A stretch of 62,401 nt of DNA from Dimorphilus gyrociliatus (Eukaryota > Animalia > Annelida). The notes beneath the pieces were generated by a model, which did not search any database, had not been told where the DNA came from, and saw only the letters and a program-made list of their open reading frames with translations. Numbering within the stretch: the stretch's first letter is position 1; each line of letters starts with the position of its first letter. A program made the translations under genes and the position numbers. The DNA lies in assembly GCA_904063045.1 (NCBI GenBank), contig CAJFCJ010000014.1, forward strand, positions 1,048,217-1,110,617, given 5' to 3'. Positions 51,601 to 62,401 of this stretch are shown piece after piece.

Positions 51601-52777
51601 TTTGAAATATGCGGAATCGAATCAATTTATAAAGAACGCTGTTGTTGAGGCTCTGGATGCCATCGTCGACAATACCCAGAACCATCTGCGCTGTGCCAAC
51701 GCCCTAATAGGATTTGGAATGCAGCATAAGAATCCGGTTATTAGGGGTGTTACTGCGAGGTCTTTGCTAAATTTAGTAAGACGGGCCGGAGTTTCCAAAA
51801 TATTTGAAAAATCTGAACTATGTGAGCGTCTCCTTAATGCAACAGTCCACATGCTACAAGATGGCGCTAGTGATACAAGAACTCAAGCGGCGCAAATAGT
51901 GCATTTCCTAGCCGATCACGATATGTTCGAAAGAATGCTCAATAAGTATGTACCTGATGATCGCTTAAAAGCTGTTCGAGGGAGGATAGATAAATATAAG
52001 GCGCGTGTTCCTGAATCGATGTCTGAACCAGCTAGTGCTGCGTCATCGGCCAAACGAAGCAGGTCGGTGACGTCGTCTAACAGAAGTCAAGGCCAGCAAT
52101 TGACTTCTGATGAATTAAAAGCGCTAACATCGCAGTTGGCTGCATCAGACTGGAGGGAGAGGCAGGAAGGTCTGGAAAAAGTTTTGAATTTGGCTAGAAA
52201 TCGACCAGCTTCCATCGGCGTTCATATGACCAGGGTTCTCGACAAACTAGCGTCGTGTGCAAGGGACAGCAATTCTAAAGTCACGCTTTACACTTTGAAC
52301 ACTCTGCCCGAACTCGTCGAACTGCTCAACGAATATATGTCGATGTCACCAGCCGGCCAATTAAGTCAGTTAGTCGGGGCTATTACTTTAGGTATGGCTA
52401 GCAAACAGAGAGAGACTCGACGGGCGGCGACCAATGCATTAGATGCTGTTATGAATTTAGACGCCGCTCAATTATTACAGCCGTTTGTGAATCAAGCTCA
52501 GGGGGCTAATTCCAGACTTAAACCGGATCTTGTCGATAGAGTCGCATATCTTGTATCTGAGGTTTACAACAAAAAACCGAAAGCAGTAACCCTTCACGCT
52601 GTTCCCTTATTATGGCACACTTTTGGTGTCATGCCGTCCCCTCTAACATCTACGTCCCCCATCGTCCAAGCAGGAAAAAAATTGGCTATGGTTCTTTACA
52701 AATTCATGGGAGACGGTCTGTACGACGCTGCACCCAATAGATTTACATCCACCCTGGCCGATATCTTGTATAATTGA
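48617..52777 (+). CDS. TOGARAM1: TOG array regulator of axonemal microtubules (crescerin/CHE-12), single 4.16-kb exon
   Basis: 1386-aa ORF with HEAT/TOG arrays: PNIGDSNIAIRKAV, KIRQETLNVII...TLVDPKKQVRLASLECF, EAKNLRSQVARSA, ESNQFIK...VEALDAIV, ARDSNSKVTLYTL. An S/P-rich linker separates TOG1-2 from TOG3-4. Confidence 0.92.
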   Translation: MAVQAKLAPFPARHQSHRIYPHCRSSLAVSMEEDDLAKLQSDTYSYKLEILDRLYTQALTNGGHLPFRNCTNAAVYSSLSSALCDPQSDVRQKCIELIDHTLAQQENVDSCMSVLMQKLIPNIGDSNIAIRKAVTQTLKHYMSLTSDLQELISAIVNYGLSNPDTHIRRETIIALPIILHDDQFAHENFFKLAQSLCQCLRERDAAMKRVVLTALGHIRKLVGDSQFSAYIKQMPHTQQSFYYEAEGGTGDQAWINSQYSNFSADEDDGEEEEEEKLEFGVIPQYIMTKVYNTKSTSIRQTGMEQLFATVSKLDDIGVHCLQPHLMGFISFLHNMLDDPHFKLTMLILDTIGSLVNVLGPKAQHYTRSFVLAFTKRMPDALMKISIMKGFITLMHALTPKIVVPFLADNLRHKNHKIRQETLNVIIATVLRFPSNDLNLGGICQLIAHTLVDPKKQVRLASLECFSSIAQSMGAGRREPLANAVDSVELSSNGEGALAAVQARLARRLLPKINTNGLVEYATPLSNRNSFQGVDIDWIEQASSSTNSARSMRSIPTDVEVESVTSFSARSTPTPGESTNTPRRIISAKSKSKLPWSASEDGDRLSFSSSWPDPRMFEEARSIASASSQTAQTPTPTPRRVLDPIPMSAAEQERETPIPTRAILARSNSTKNGRLPSAARRPPSGRSPNADAEKESVISGEDEDEMMRSLTGIRNSASMKKAEKHNRPAPIMTNHPSGNPPQGPSTPTFSPHGGVTFNMNSDFMASIKGTGIGLNNEITESTTSVTSRTPIARKPVHRARDSTAGISSSEQADSAALNNIALQGKGVFEPDKNELEEIVKPSKSTHPGRDRRRVTKQPKAQPPSPALRKKNSTVRQDSQDKAEGADCSSHEDDELSLKPFTSSSSPHQLVDMALGKLESSEWERKTEGIRDFRRIARFHTDCLKFKTHQISLGICAEAKNLRSQVARSAVFCLKDLFSNAPKCMDAEMDFCTKTLLLKYAESNQFIKNAVVEALDAIVDNTQNHLRCANALIGFGMQHKNPVIRGVTARSLLNLVRRAGVSKIFEKSELCERLLNATVHMLQDGASDTRTQAAQIVHFLADHDMFERMLNKYVPDDRLKAVRGRIDKYKARVPESMSEPASAASSAKRSRSVTSSNRSQGQQLTSDELKALTSQLAASDWRERQEGLEKVLNLARNRPASIGVHMTRVLDKLASCARDSNSKVTLYTLNTLPELVELLNEYMSMSPAGQLSQLVGAITLGMASKQRETRRAATNALDAVMNLDAAQLLQPFVNQAQGANSRLKPDLVDRVAYLVSEVYNKKPKAVTLHAVPLLWHTFGVMPSPLTSTSPIVQAGKKLAMVLYKFMGDGLYDAAPNRFTSTLADILYN

Positions 52778-52799
52778 ACTGTGATATTTTTTTTCACCC

Positions 52800-55700
52800 G
52801 GCCAAACTTACAATTACATGAAAAGCGTTTTGTGATAGACGTTTTTTCTGAAAGCAATCTTTTTACTATTATACGCATGTATACGTTAATTTATGTATAT
52901 TTATATAATTTTATTATATATATATATATATATATGTGTATATATATATATATATTTTATAGTATATTTTTTATAGATAATATGATTATATAAATATACA
53001 TACATTTATATATATATATATATAAATATATTTATATATATATATATATATATATATGAATTTATATATACATATATATCAAGCTTATATAATGTATACA
53101 GATATTTATAAATATAAACTCCGTCCACTATTATGCGTTGCGTGTATATAGAGGAGCGGATGAATTGTCATTATTCCGTTCCGATTACTTTATCTACCTG
53201 CTACGGTTATCATCACGAATACAATAAATGAATGGAACGTTTGATGCATGACACGCTTCAACGAAACGCGTTTCCATACATTCATTATCGTTAAGTGATG
53301 CCGAGCGTCGGAGACAGAGAGAAGGAAAAGAGGGACAACAAGAGAATACGGAATGACATGGGGTTGACGAATAGAAAAGCGGATGAAAGAATATATATTT
53401 GGGAGGTTAGTGAGGGGCAAAGAAAAGGTTATTTACAAGACGTTTTTTAGATTTAATCTTTTAACGTCTTAGACGTTTACGTATATGTTTTTCCCACCGC
53501 TTAACTGAGCGGCATATGGACGGCGTTACAGGTAAGCGTCGCGTTTGTCAAGTCGTGCAAACATACGCCAACTGGCCGCGATTATGAGAGCATATGCGTT
53601 TCTTTGCACAACTCACAGTACAAACTGCGAACGGAAGCGCGTTGATGAACAGGGCTAGGATAGACGAAGCTCTTGGCAAACATTAGATTGCAAGGGGGCG
53701 GAGAGAAAAAAAAAACAAAAAAGAATTAACGTAGTCTTCCACTCTCTTCCCTGATTCCTTCCTCCTTCAGCTCCTCCTCTCCCTTGTTAAAGCAAAGTGT
53801 TAACATTATACAATTCTAACAAGGCCTCTGGGAAAAGTAAGAGTCGGTGTCAATTACGTTGTTAAATCCGATCTGTAAATAGACGCTGCGGGCGTCGCGT
53901 GTAAATCTTTTTATAAACGTAGTACATTAGGCCTACGGAGAGGAAAGTAGGGAAGAGAGGAGTAGATCAAGAGGGAGAGAAACTGCAGAGAGAGAGAGAG
54001 AGCGAGAGAGCGAGTGAGAGAGAGTAATAGAGAGAGCGAGAGACAGACAGACCGCGGATGTATTCTCATTCGGCTATAAAACCGAAGTAAACAAAGAGCG
54101 TCAATAATTCTGCCTTGTCAGGCGCCATATACTTAAAATTATGGGAGCTGAATCGCTCCTAGTATATTTTACGTTTGACGTGTAGATGCCGTTTGATAAG
54201 ATAAAAACTAGCTTGTTCTCTTTATATTTATAAAAATACAATATATAGTAATATATATATAATTATACTTCAATTAATATGTCCTATTGACGGATAAACC
54301 TAATTTACATATAGAGTCGTTATACAATTGGGCCCGTTGAAGATCGCGTTGAAGTTGCCGCCACAGAGCGGAAATCGTCAATAAATATTCCTAAAAAGCC
54401 ACCCCCACTGAAAACGAGCTTATGATAAGAGGTCGTGATATAAAATTTATTTATATATATATTCGTATATACTGTATTTATATATTATATATTATATATA
54501 ATATTGCTTGGAAGGCATATATACGCGCGTACGCTGTGTACGGAAAAGCTTAAAGGTAAGTGACTTTACGTATCGTCTTTCATTTCCCACATGCACTGGG
54601 CCTAGGCCTACTGCGAGACTGATGTTAATCCTTACTATAAACAAATCACAATCGGCGCTAATCCGCGTTCAAAGTGGCAAACCGCTCTAGAAAATCCCTA
54701 CGCACTTGGTCGACGCATTGAAATTACTGTATTTATGCGAGACGTATAAAATTAACACTGTATAGAAATGTAATTAATCTTGTAATGAAGGTGGCGGTTG
54801 AGTCGGGGGTCTTAGATAAGAAACTTTATTGCCGTCTTTATCTCGTCCAGTCGCAGTTAGTCGATCATGGACATCGCACAAAGTTTGTGCGTAGCCGATT
54901 GCGAATGGAACGATACTTCGCCCAATTCCGTAAGTTCTAGTTACCTCTCTTTATTCTCTTTATATCCTTGGCTATCTATTCTTTTTTTTCATTCCCCCTC
55001 TCTCTTTCTATCCTTCCCTCCTAACTTCATTCTTCTCCCAACCTCTCTCCCTGGATTCCCTTCCCTCTCCCCCTTCGTTTCATTCTTATAACTCTTCTCC
55101 TAACTTTGTTTACTTGCCGTTCCACAAAAATCTTTTAATAACTTTTTACATTCTTTCTTCTTTTCCGCCTTTTATAATTTGATTATTCTTTTCCGCTTTT
55201 TCATTTTTCCTTGCCGAGTATAAGATTCTATCCAGCCTACTTCTCCTCCCCTAATACCTATTTTTTTACCTTTTTGGTATTTTTCTTATGCTAATTTATT
55301 CATACGCATACCATCTTTTAATAAACCGCCCCGAACATTCCTAGACAATATATGGAATTTCTTCTCCCTATTTCTCATCGCCCTCTAAATAATAGGAATA
55401 ATTAATTCCATTATATAAGAAACAGTTGGATACACTTTTCGTTTGGGGGCGTTTTAAGGAGGTATTTAATTGGTTAACGAAATGTATATATACATGAAGA
55501 TTACTCGGCGATAGTTTGTAGACTCATAAACTAATTAGCATAAAATGCGCGGCTGTTTGCTCACCCAGCTTTAAATATGACTTTATAATAAGGTGCGATG
55601 TGAGAGTTCTGTAAAGGAAAGGGCGGGGCGTCATTTGCATGGCGTGCCAAAGACCGGGCGTCTTCAAGAGGCGTCCACCTGCTCGGTTGCTCGAGCGTAT

Positions 55701-58323
55701 GCAAATGAACTTGACAAGAAGTGGTAAGTAAATGTGAAGAATTTCTAGAGCAAATTGCTATACTTCAACTCGACGACTTGTTCTAAGTGATCGCGTCAAC
55801 GTTCGTGATGTACGACCTCTTATCATTAGGCCTACCGAAAATGTAAAAGCGACAAGGCATTATATAATAATTTTTTTATGCGACAGTCTCGTTACCATGG
55901 AGTTATTATATATGCCAAGCCATCTTTACAGCTAATCTTCTCCTATTAGGTTTTTCTCGATTCATCTCCTTTTCCTTTTCTGTGTTTATATGCAGTTATT
56001 TACATGGTACATGCGGTTTATAAGTAAATTGCAGTTGGGTGTATATGTGCTTTGAAGTACTGATTCCATTGAAGTGACGCCACGCTATACACGCGTTGAT
56101 GCTTGTTTCGTTTGAAGGGAAATTTTCCGCTTATTATAACTATATTATATATAATGCAAAAACTCGTCTGACTAGCGAGACGCATATCTGTACCGTATAA
56201 AAGGGAGTTTCTACTCTTCATAATTTACTGACCGCGATATTTGTAAACGGGTTTTTTTATGTTTAATATAGTTTGATAAGAGAAGATAAGGTGATTAATT
56301 TCTGTAATTAATCTTTGTCATAACTACACGCGCGCCCGATTTAACGTCGTATATAAATTACGTAAATAACGTCTTCGTGTAAATTGCCCTTTAGAGGATT
56401 AATGCGTAATACGAATAAAGCTCGATTCGTACTTATATACATGTAAATACGGATTGACCGAGCTAGAGACAGCAAAAGAGAGTGGCAGGGAGAAAAAAGG
56501 GGGAGGAGGGAATGGAAGTTTTGGGAGGGAGAAAGAGACACACAGAGAGTGAGTGAGGGAGTGGGAGGGAGAGAGAGAGAGAGAGAGAGAGAAAGAAAAA
56601 GAGAGAAAGGGGGCGTAAGTGGAGAAGGGATAGAAAGAAAGAATAGAATGGATAAAGAGAGTGAAATATCTATATTATTTTCAAGTTGATTCCATTCGAT
56701 ATCCATGTAGTTATTTCTATTTAAAAACAAATCTTTTATCAGGAGATTAAAGGAATCGATGAACAATATAATCGGTGTTACAGCGTGAAGCTATAGCGCA
56801 TTTCTGATAAGACGTCTATACTATTTTATTACCTCGGAATCGGGTAAAAAAAAATACGAAACGAGGCCAAAAGTAACGGTCGAGAGAGCCACTCAACTCA
56901 TGAGAGGTCTTTGTTAAGTCGCCTTGCCCTACAATCCGCTAGCCAATCGTCTTTCAGCTTGTTGGTAAAGCGCCTCCCCTTTTGCATATTAATAGCTAAC
57001 GGAGAATATAGATAGAATTCTATACTTCGACTCAACTCGCAAGTGCGACTCTTGACTTATCTGATTCGTTGGCAGTAGGCCATCTAAGTGTAAGACGCCC
57101 CTTAATGTGAATAGTTTCGTACTTATGAAAGCATTATTCGTCGTTGAACACTGGATATTGAAACAATCTGCGAAAGTTATTGGTAAGATATTTTATTGAG
57201 ATTACTTTAGCCTCATTTCTTTTCTTTTCCTTATAAGTTTTTGAAACATTTAGGATTGATAATTTAGAGAAATCTTCCATAAAATAAATATTGATATATT
57301 TATAAATCGTTCCTTATCATAAACATGTATTTATATGTTAAGGTTACAACAATTTATTTGTTTTTTAAGTCGTCTTTTAACGCGAGCGTTAGATTTTAGA
57401 TAAGGTTTTTATACGTGAAATACTCAAAGCTCTTGTTTACTTACACTACAAATTTTATCTTTAATTTTATACTTTATTTGTTCAAGTATCAGAGATGAAC
57501 GCTATGTTTCTTCAATGATACTTTGATCCTTTTTTTCTTTTTTATCCCTTCTTCTCCTTTGGCTCATTCTTTTTTTTTATGTATATATGTACAATTTCCT
57601 GCTTTAAATTGAGAAGGGAAGACGTATGAATGATTGCCGCATAAAATATAAAAATTTGAACGCCCTAAATAAAAAAATCCCAGGTGCCTAGTGAAACGAT
57701 TCAAGCATATAATTTGTAATCTTATTGAATTATAACTGCGAGTGCGACTTCTATTCAAAAGCTCACGTAAATTGTATAAATATGAAAAACAGAGATAGAT
57801 ATATAAAGATTTATCAGAATTGTAATACAAAGAAAATGATAATTGACAATTGATATAAGGTCGTATAATAGAAATGAAGTGATAAAAAAACAGATAAGAG
57901 TGTCTTGTGAAGAACGCCTACTAGAATTCTAAGTCAAACGGATGACACGAAAAACAATGGAAAGTTATTTACAATAATAAGTGCAAAGATCTATGAAGGA
58001 ACAATGAGGCGTTTAGGGCGTTTATTTGAGCGACTATATCGCATACAAAAGCCTATTATTTCATGCGCAATAAATGATGGATTTCTCTTATTGATCCAAA
58101 CGTTTTCGTCTAATTATAACGAAACCGAAATTCTCGCAATTCCGTAAATCAATGTAATTTAGTCAACGATCGTTTACGTAATTTGTACGAATAGGAATTG
58201 GATTTTAAATGCATATGGAAAGTGACGCGTTCGTTAATTGCTCTCTTTTAATTCTTTTATAATTGCTTTAAGACTTTTTCTTTTTATTACTTTTTTATAT
58301 ATCAATTTATTTATATAAACAAA

Positions 58324-58360
<37 letters not shown>

Positions 58361-59017
58361 TACGCCCATATACTATACTTTTAACATATATAGTACATAG
58401 ATTTACTCATTTGTACACGCCTACCAAAAAATAAATTACCGTAGATTGTTGTATTTTTTAGACGTGAGCAAACAGCGGTTTGATGAAAAACAAGGGTCAG
58501 TTTAAAGGTCAAAGTTGACGAAAAGCTTGTAGTGCTAACAAACTTGACGTTTTGACTGTAAAAGGCCGCGTCCTGACCGCGTGCCCAGTCGTATGTTTAT
58601 TCTGTCGTATATATACGAAAAAGAGGTAGGAGAGTGGAGGGGAGGAGGTTTAAAAGAAAGTAATAATCGAACACATAAAGAGGATCTACTTATGAGTGTC
58701 TTGTTTGTGTACATGAAACTGTTGACTGTCGATTGAAAACTATTCTAAACGCCGCTCTTCAAAATGTTCTCAAAATGAAATAGGATCGGACCGATCGATT
58801 CGAATATGACCACTCACGTTCGAATTGAGGGCGGGTCTCTTTCATTATTTCTTTCTTTAAAAGTCTTATAACCTCTTCTTTTTTCCATTCATTCTTTTTT
58901 TCTCTCTCACTCTTTCTATCATTCTTTTCTCATTCTTCCTTTTAATCTTTTTTCGGCTGATTAGGCGCTTATTGATACAGGTGTTTCAATTACTGATTAG
59001 CCTTATCTATAACGCAG
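52800..59017. promoter_or_regulatory. Gene-free cis-regulatory landscape upstream of NK2.2
   Basis: 6 kb without a credible CDS. Alternating GC-richer islands and microsatellites; octamer, NK2-type, CSL and Gli-like motifs present. Confidence 0.55.
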
Positions 59018-60182
59018 ATGGAGACTACGATGCAACAAGCAAAATCTTTGGGCTTTAGCATGAAGGATATCTTGGATATGCCGAACAACTCTACTGGATC
59101 ACCAAGCGTACTACAAGACAACCCCTACGCTCAATGGCTGGCGGATCATCAACCTTTTTCCATGCACCAGCAATCGACGACTGCAGGTGCGCGTCATTGT
59201 AGCCGGGCAACAGACGGGCAAGAAGTAGGGAATGCGACAAAAGAGCCGAATATCCTTTCTAAAGCATGTAAATTAGGCTAGTCGGCGGTGAAATTGTTCG
59301 ACTAGCACAATGCTCGCGCCATCGCCTAACCATATTACTTCCGTCTGTTCGCCGGCTATTCAATGATTTTTTAATTAGTTTACGCTCTGTTTATTTATAT
59401 TACACGCTCTCTCCTTTTCTATTACTTTATATGCTCTGTTATTTAACTTTTTTTCATTTCTTCCTTTGACTTAAATAGTCGGAGATGAACAACGTCAAAG
59501 AAAGACTCCATCGAGCCCGTCAGATCACGGTAGCGCTGTTCACGACTCGTCGCCCAATAAACACGAAGATGATGAAGAGGAGGAGGATGATAGTGAGGTA
59601 AATTCCGAGAATGAAAATCAAGAGAATTCAACGTCGACCACCGACGAACCAAAGACCGACGGTCCTCCTAAAAAGAAAAAGCGTCGAGTACTGTTTTCCA
59701 AGGCACAAACATACGAATTAGAACGTCGTTTTAGGCAACAACGTTACTTATCCGCCCCAGAAAGGGAGCACTTGGCAAGCATCCTTCGACTCACGCCCAC
59801 TCAGGTAAAAATTTGGTTCCAGAATCATAGATATAAATTGAAAAGGGCAAGACAAGAAAAGGGCTTACATGACGCCATAAACCCCTTACCATCACCAAGA
59901 AGGGTTGCTGTTCCTGTGCTAGTTAGGGACGGCAAGCCATGCCATCCAATTCCAAGACCTCCACATCATCATCAACCACATCCGTCCATGGCGGCTATGG
60001 CTCCATATGCGCAAAGCGACTTTATTGCAGCGGCACCATCCTGCGCTTTAGGTTCATGTTCGCCATTTTCATCATCACCCTACTGCCCTCCTCCTCCTCC
60101 TACCGTGCCTTCCTACAGTATGCCTCCTCCGCCGCCCCCCTCCTACGGACAACTGGGGTCGCGTTCAGCGGCTTGGTGGTAG
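59018..60182 (+). CDS. NKX2-2: NK2-class homeobox transcription factor NK2.2/vnd, 2 exons (59018-59186, 59479-60182)
   Basis: TN domain [20 protein letters not shown], homeodomain [62 protein letters not shown]2-[22 protein letters not shown] and terminal WW*. The phase-1 intron joins in frame. Confidence 0.95.
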
Positions 60183-60223
60183 AAAAACTATTAATTTATA
60201 CTTACGTAAATGATATATATATG

Positions 60224-60258
<35 letters not shown>

Positions 60259-61834
60259 TACAGAACTTAAAAATTACATACATATATATATATATATGAA
60301 CATCTATTAAAATGTATACATGTATTTCGTCCAGAGCGAGAGCTATATAATCGATCTAAATAAAAAAAAAGAGAAAAATCAAAGTATTTCGCCACGGGCT
60401 ATCGAACGTCGTTTTTATTATTCATGTGTGACTGATGACAATCGAACGCATTAAAACGCTACTCGAATTGCAAATATTCCACGTAAGATCGTGTCAAGGG
60501 CAAAGAGAAGCATAAAAAAGTATATGTAAGCAAACTGCCGAGTATTTGTAGGGTAGATATAAAGAGAAGATGGCAATCTACCTTTGTAGTACTTATGCAA
60601 ATGAGAAAGCGTCTACTTCCGACGCAACTGCCTTAACGAGCGTCAGCGTCCAGGTATATAAACGCCTGTATAAACAAGGAAGCGGTTAATGATTGGAACG
60701 TAAACAATGGCGGTCGCCGAGAGAACCGTATGCAAGTCACTAAACATCGCTTATGACCGTTATCTGGTCAGCGATAAAGCATGTTCAACCGTCTCGTAAA
60801 CGCTTTAGAGCCAGGTAAATATGTAAACGGGTCGTCGTCATTAATGTTTTATATTTGATTATTTCATTGCTGTAATACTACTCAAATGAGGATATATTCA
60901 ACTATTCCCGTATTAAGGAATACGAGCTTCTCATCATATATTTAAGGTGAATATATGAATTTTCCACCTACGGACTTCCTCGTCCAAAGTGATTGACGCG
61001 TGACGAGAACAATTGAAGCAACAAAGTGCAATCTCAGTAGCATCATTGATCAACAGGCGACAAATGAAAGTACGCTCCGCTGCCATCAAGCAAGCAAACA
61101 AGTCATCGTGCATTATTGATGCGACGTTCTAGTCGGCGATTTTTTCTCGCCGGAGGCTCGTCCGCGCAGCCATATTTACGCTATTATTGCTGCCACCTGT
61201 CAACGCGTCGCTTTTTTATATTATCGGCCAGGTGCGTGTATACGATTGATAATCTCTGCCCAGATATCAATAATATGAAGCTTGTCATCCCGATTGATAA
61301 AAAGATTTTTCGAAAAACACTGCTGCCATCTACCGTTCTAGATGCTAATTTATTACAAATATTTCACAACGGTTAAAGACACAACATTTACTGTTTCATT
61401 TCATTCATTTTTCATTATTTTTTAAAGACATTATATATCTGTCATATTTAAATAGTATTAAATGGAATTTGATGTATATACATATATTATATAATACTAT
61501 AAAAGTGTAATATATGTATAAGTATTGAAGTTTCCGACCATAAGTAATATTTTGAATTTAAAAATACGTAAAGTATGCATACAGATTTGAAAATATATAT
61601 ATATATATAAATAAAAATATATGTACCTACATATATATATATATATACTGTTTTAGTGCATATTCATTTGGAGACTCGAATCATAGCATTAGCAGGAGGA
61701 TAAGCCGATATTCAATTCTTTTTGAGAAAGGTAAATTGTAGAGGTTTTAGTAGAATTAATGATAATATCTATATCATTAAATGCAATTGTCAAAAAAATT
61801 GTTGGTAAAAAAATACGAGAGTTTTGTCTCAGAG

Positions 61835-62372
61835 TCAACAAGGACAGTCGGGCTTCCTTTGAGTATTTTGTTGTCGATTTAATCTTCTTAATGATGCATC
61901 ACCCCATTGTACTCCTGAACCAATCCTTTCTGGATCTAATTCCCCTAATTTTTTTCAAAATAAATATCAATATTATAGTATTATTTATATCAAGATGAAG
62001 CAATCAAACCTGATTCAATTTTTCCAAGGATAGATCTGGCACATTTCAAGAATGTTTCAGTAACGTTTTCTCCGGTTAAAGCACTGGTTTCGAGGAAAAT
62101 CAATTCTAGATAAGAGAATTGATGAGAGAGACGATGGAAGATGAAGAGATAATAAAAAAAGAAAAGAAAACGTTATAAGCTAATGGTAAAATGGTCAAAT
62201 CGATAAAGATTGTGTACCATTCTCTTGAGCGAAACGACTGGCTTCTAAGAATGTAACTTCCCTTTCGGCTTCTAAATCTTTTTTATTTCCTACCAATATA
62301 ATAACAATATTTGAACTTGCAAGCGTTCGGGCATCGGTCAACCAATTTGTCAATGAATTGTATGTATCACGA
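61835..62372 (-). CDS. RAB4: Rab4 small GTPase, last three exons (5' part outside window)
   Basis: Exons 62372-62218 [52 protein letters not shown], then [32 protein letters not shown], then [22 protein letters not shown]...DCPC* (CXC prenylation motif). Not present in the ORF track. Confidence 0.95.
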
Positions 62373-62401
62373 CTATAAATAAACGAATGGGCAATAATAC
62401 T

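Noticed and set aside
29825-52878. Numerous antisense ORFs inside TRIP11, RTF1, ZFYVE1, CGRRF1, TOGARAM1 (and likewise in cadherin and NK2.2)
   Set aside because: Shadow frames of real coding exons.
53190-57830. Short ORFs in the NK2.2 upstream desert and a weak hairpin at about 53227-53286
   Set aside because: Low-complexity or non-ATG frames; the hairpin is too bulged to be a miRNA precursor.
1-62401. CRISPR arrays, rRNA, intact transposons and box C/D snoRNAs
   Set aside because: Eukaryotic DNA. No repeat-spacer array, rRNA-like sequence, transposase/RT ORF, TIR pair or convincing C/D box pair was seen by eye.

Overview
AT-rich, gene-dense animal genomic DNA with many short GT-AG introns (about 50-70 nt) and abundant (TA)n/(GA)n microsatellites. 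The miR-12/miR-216 family hairpins suggest a protostome; a compact-genome lophotrochozoan such as the annelid Dimorphilus is a plausible but unproven source. Genes left to right: MAX (-), FUT8 (+), a large non-classical cadherin (-), an NHL/beta-propeller-like orphan (-), a single-exon signal-peptide+TM orphan with LRR-like remnants (+), TRIP11/GMAP-210 (-), SOCS4/5 (-), RTF1 (-), ZFYVE1/DFCP1 (+), a 262-aa orphan (-), CGRRF1-like (-), intronless TOGARAM1/crescerin (+), NK2.2/vnd (+) after a 6-kb gene-free stretch, and the 3' end of RAB4 (-). The main signal absent from the ORF track is a three-hairpin microRNA cluster (miR-216b/283, miR-216a/304, miR-12) inside one TRIP11 intron, matching the host gene and order known for Drosophila Gmap. 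Almost all recognisable genes have human orthologues on 14q or its paralogons, including the divergent MAX-FUT8 pair. A nuclear-receptor DR0 element recurs in three housekeeping promoters, and an RFX X-box precedes the ciliary gene TOGARAM1. All gene models were spliced by hand and no database searches were run.
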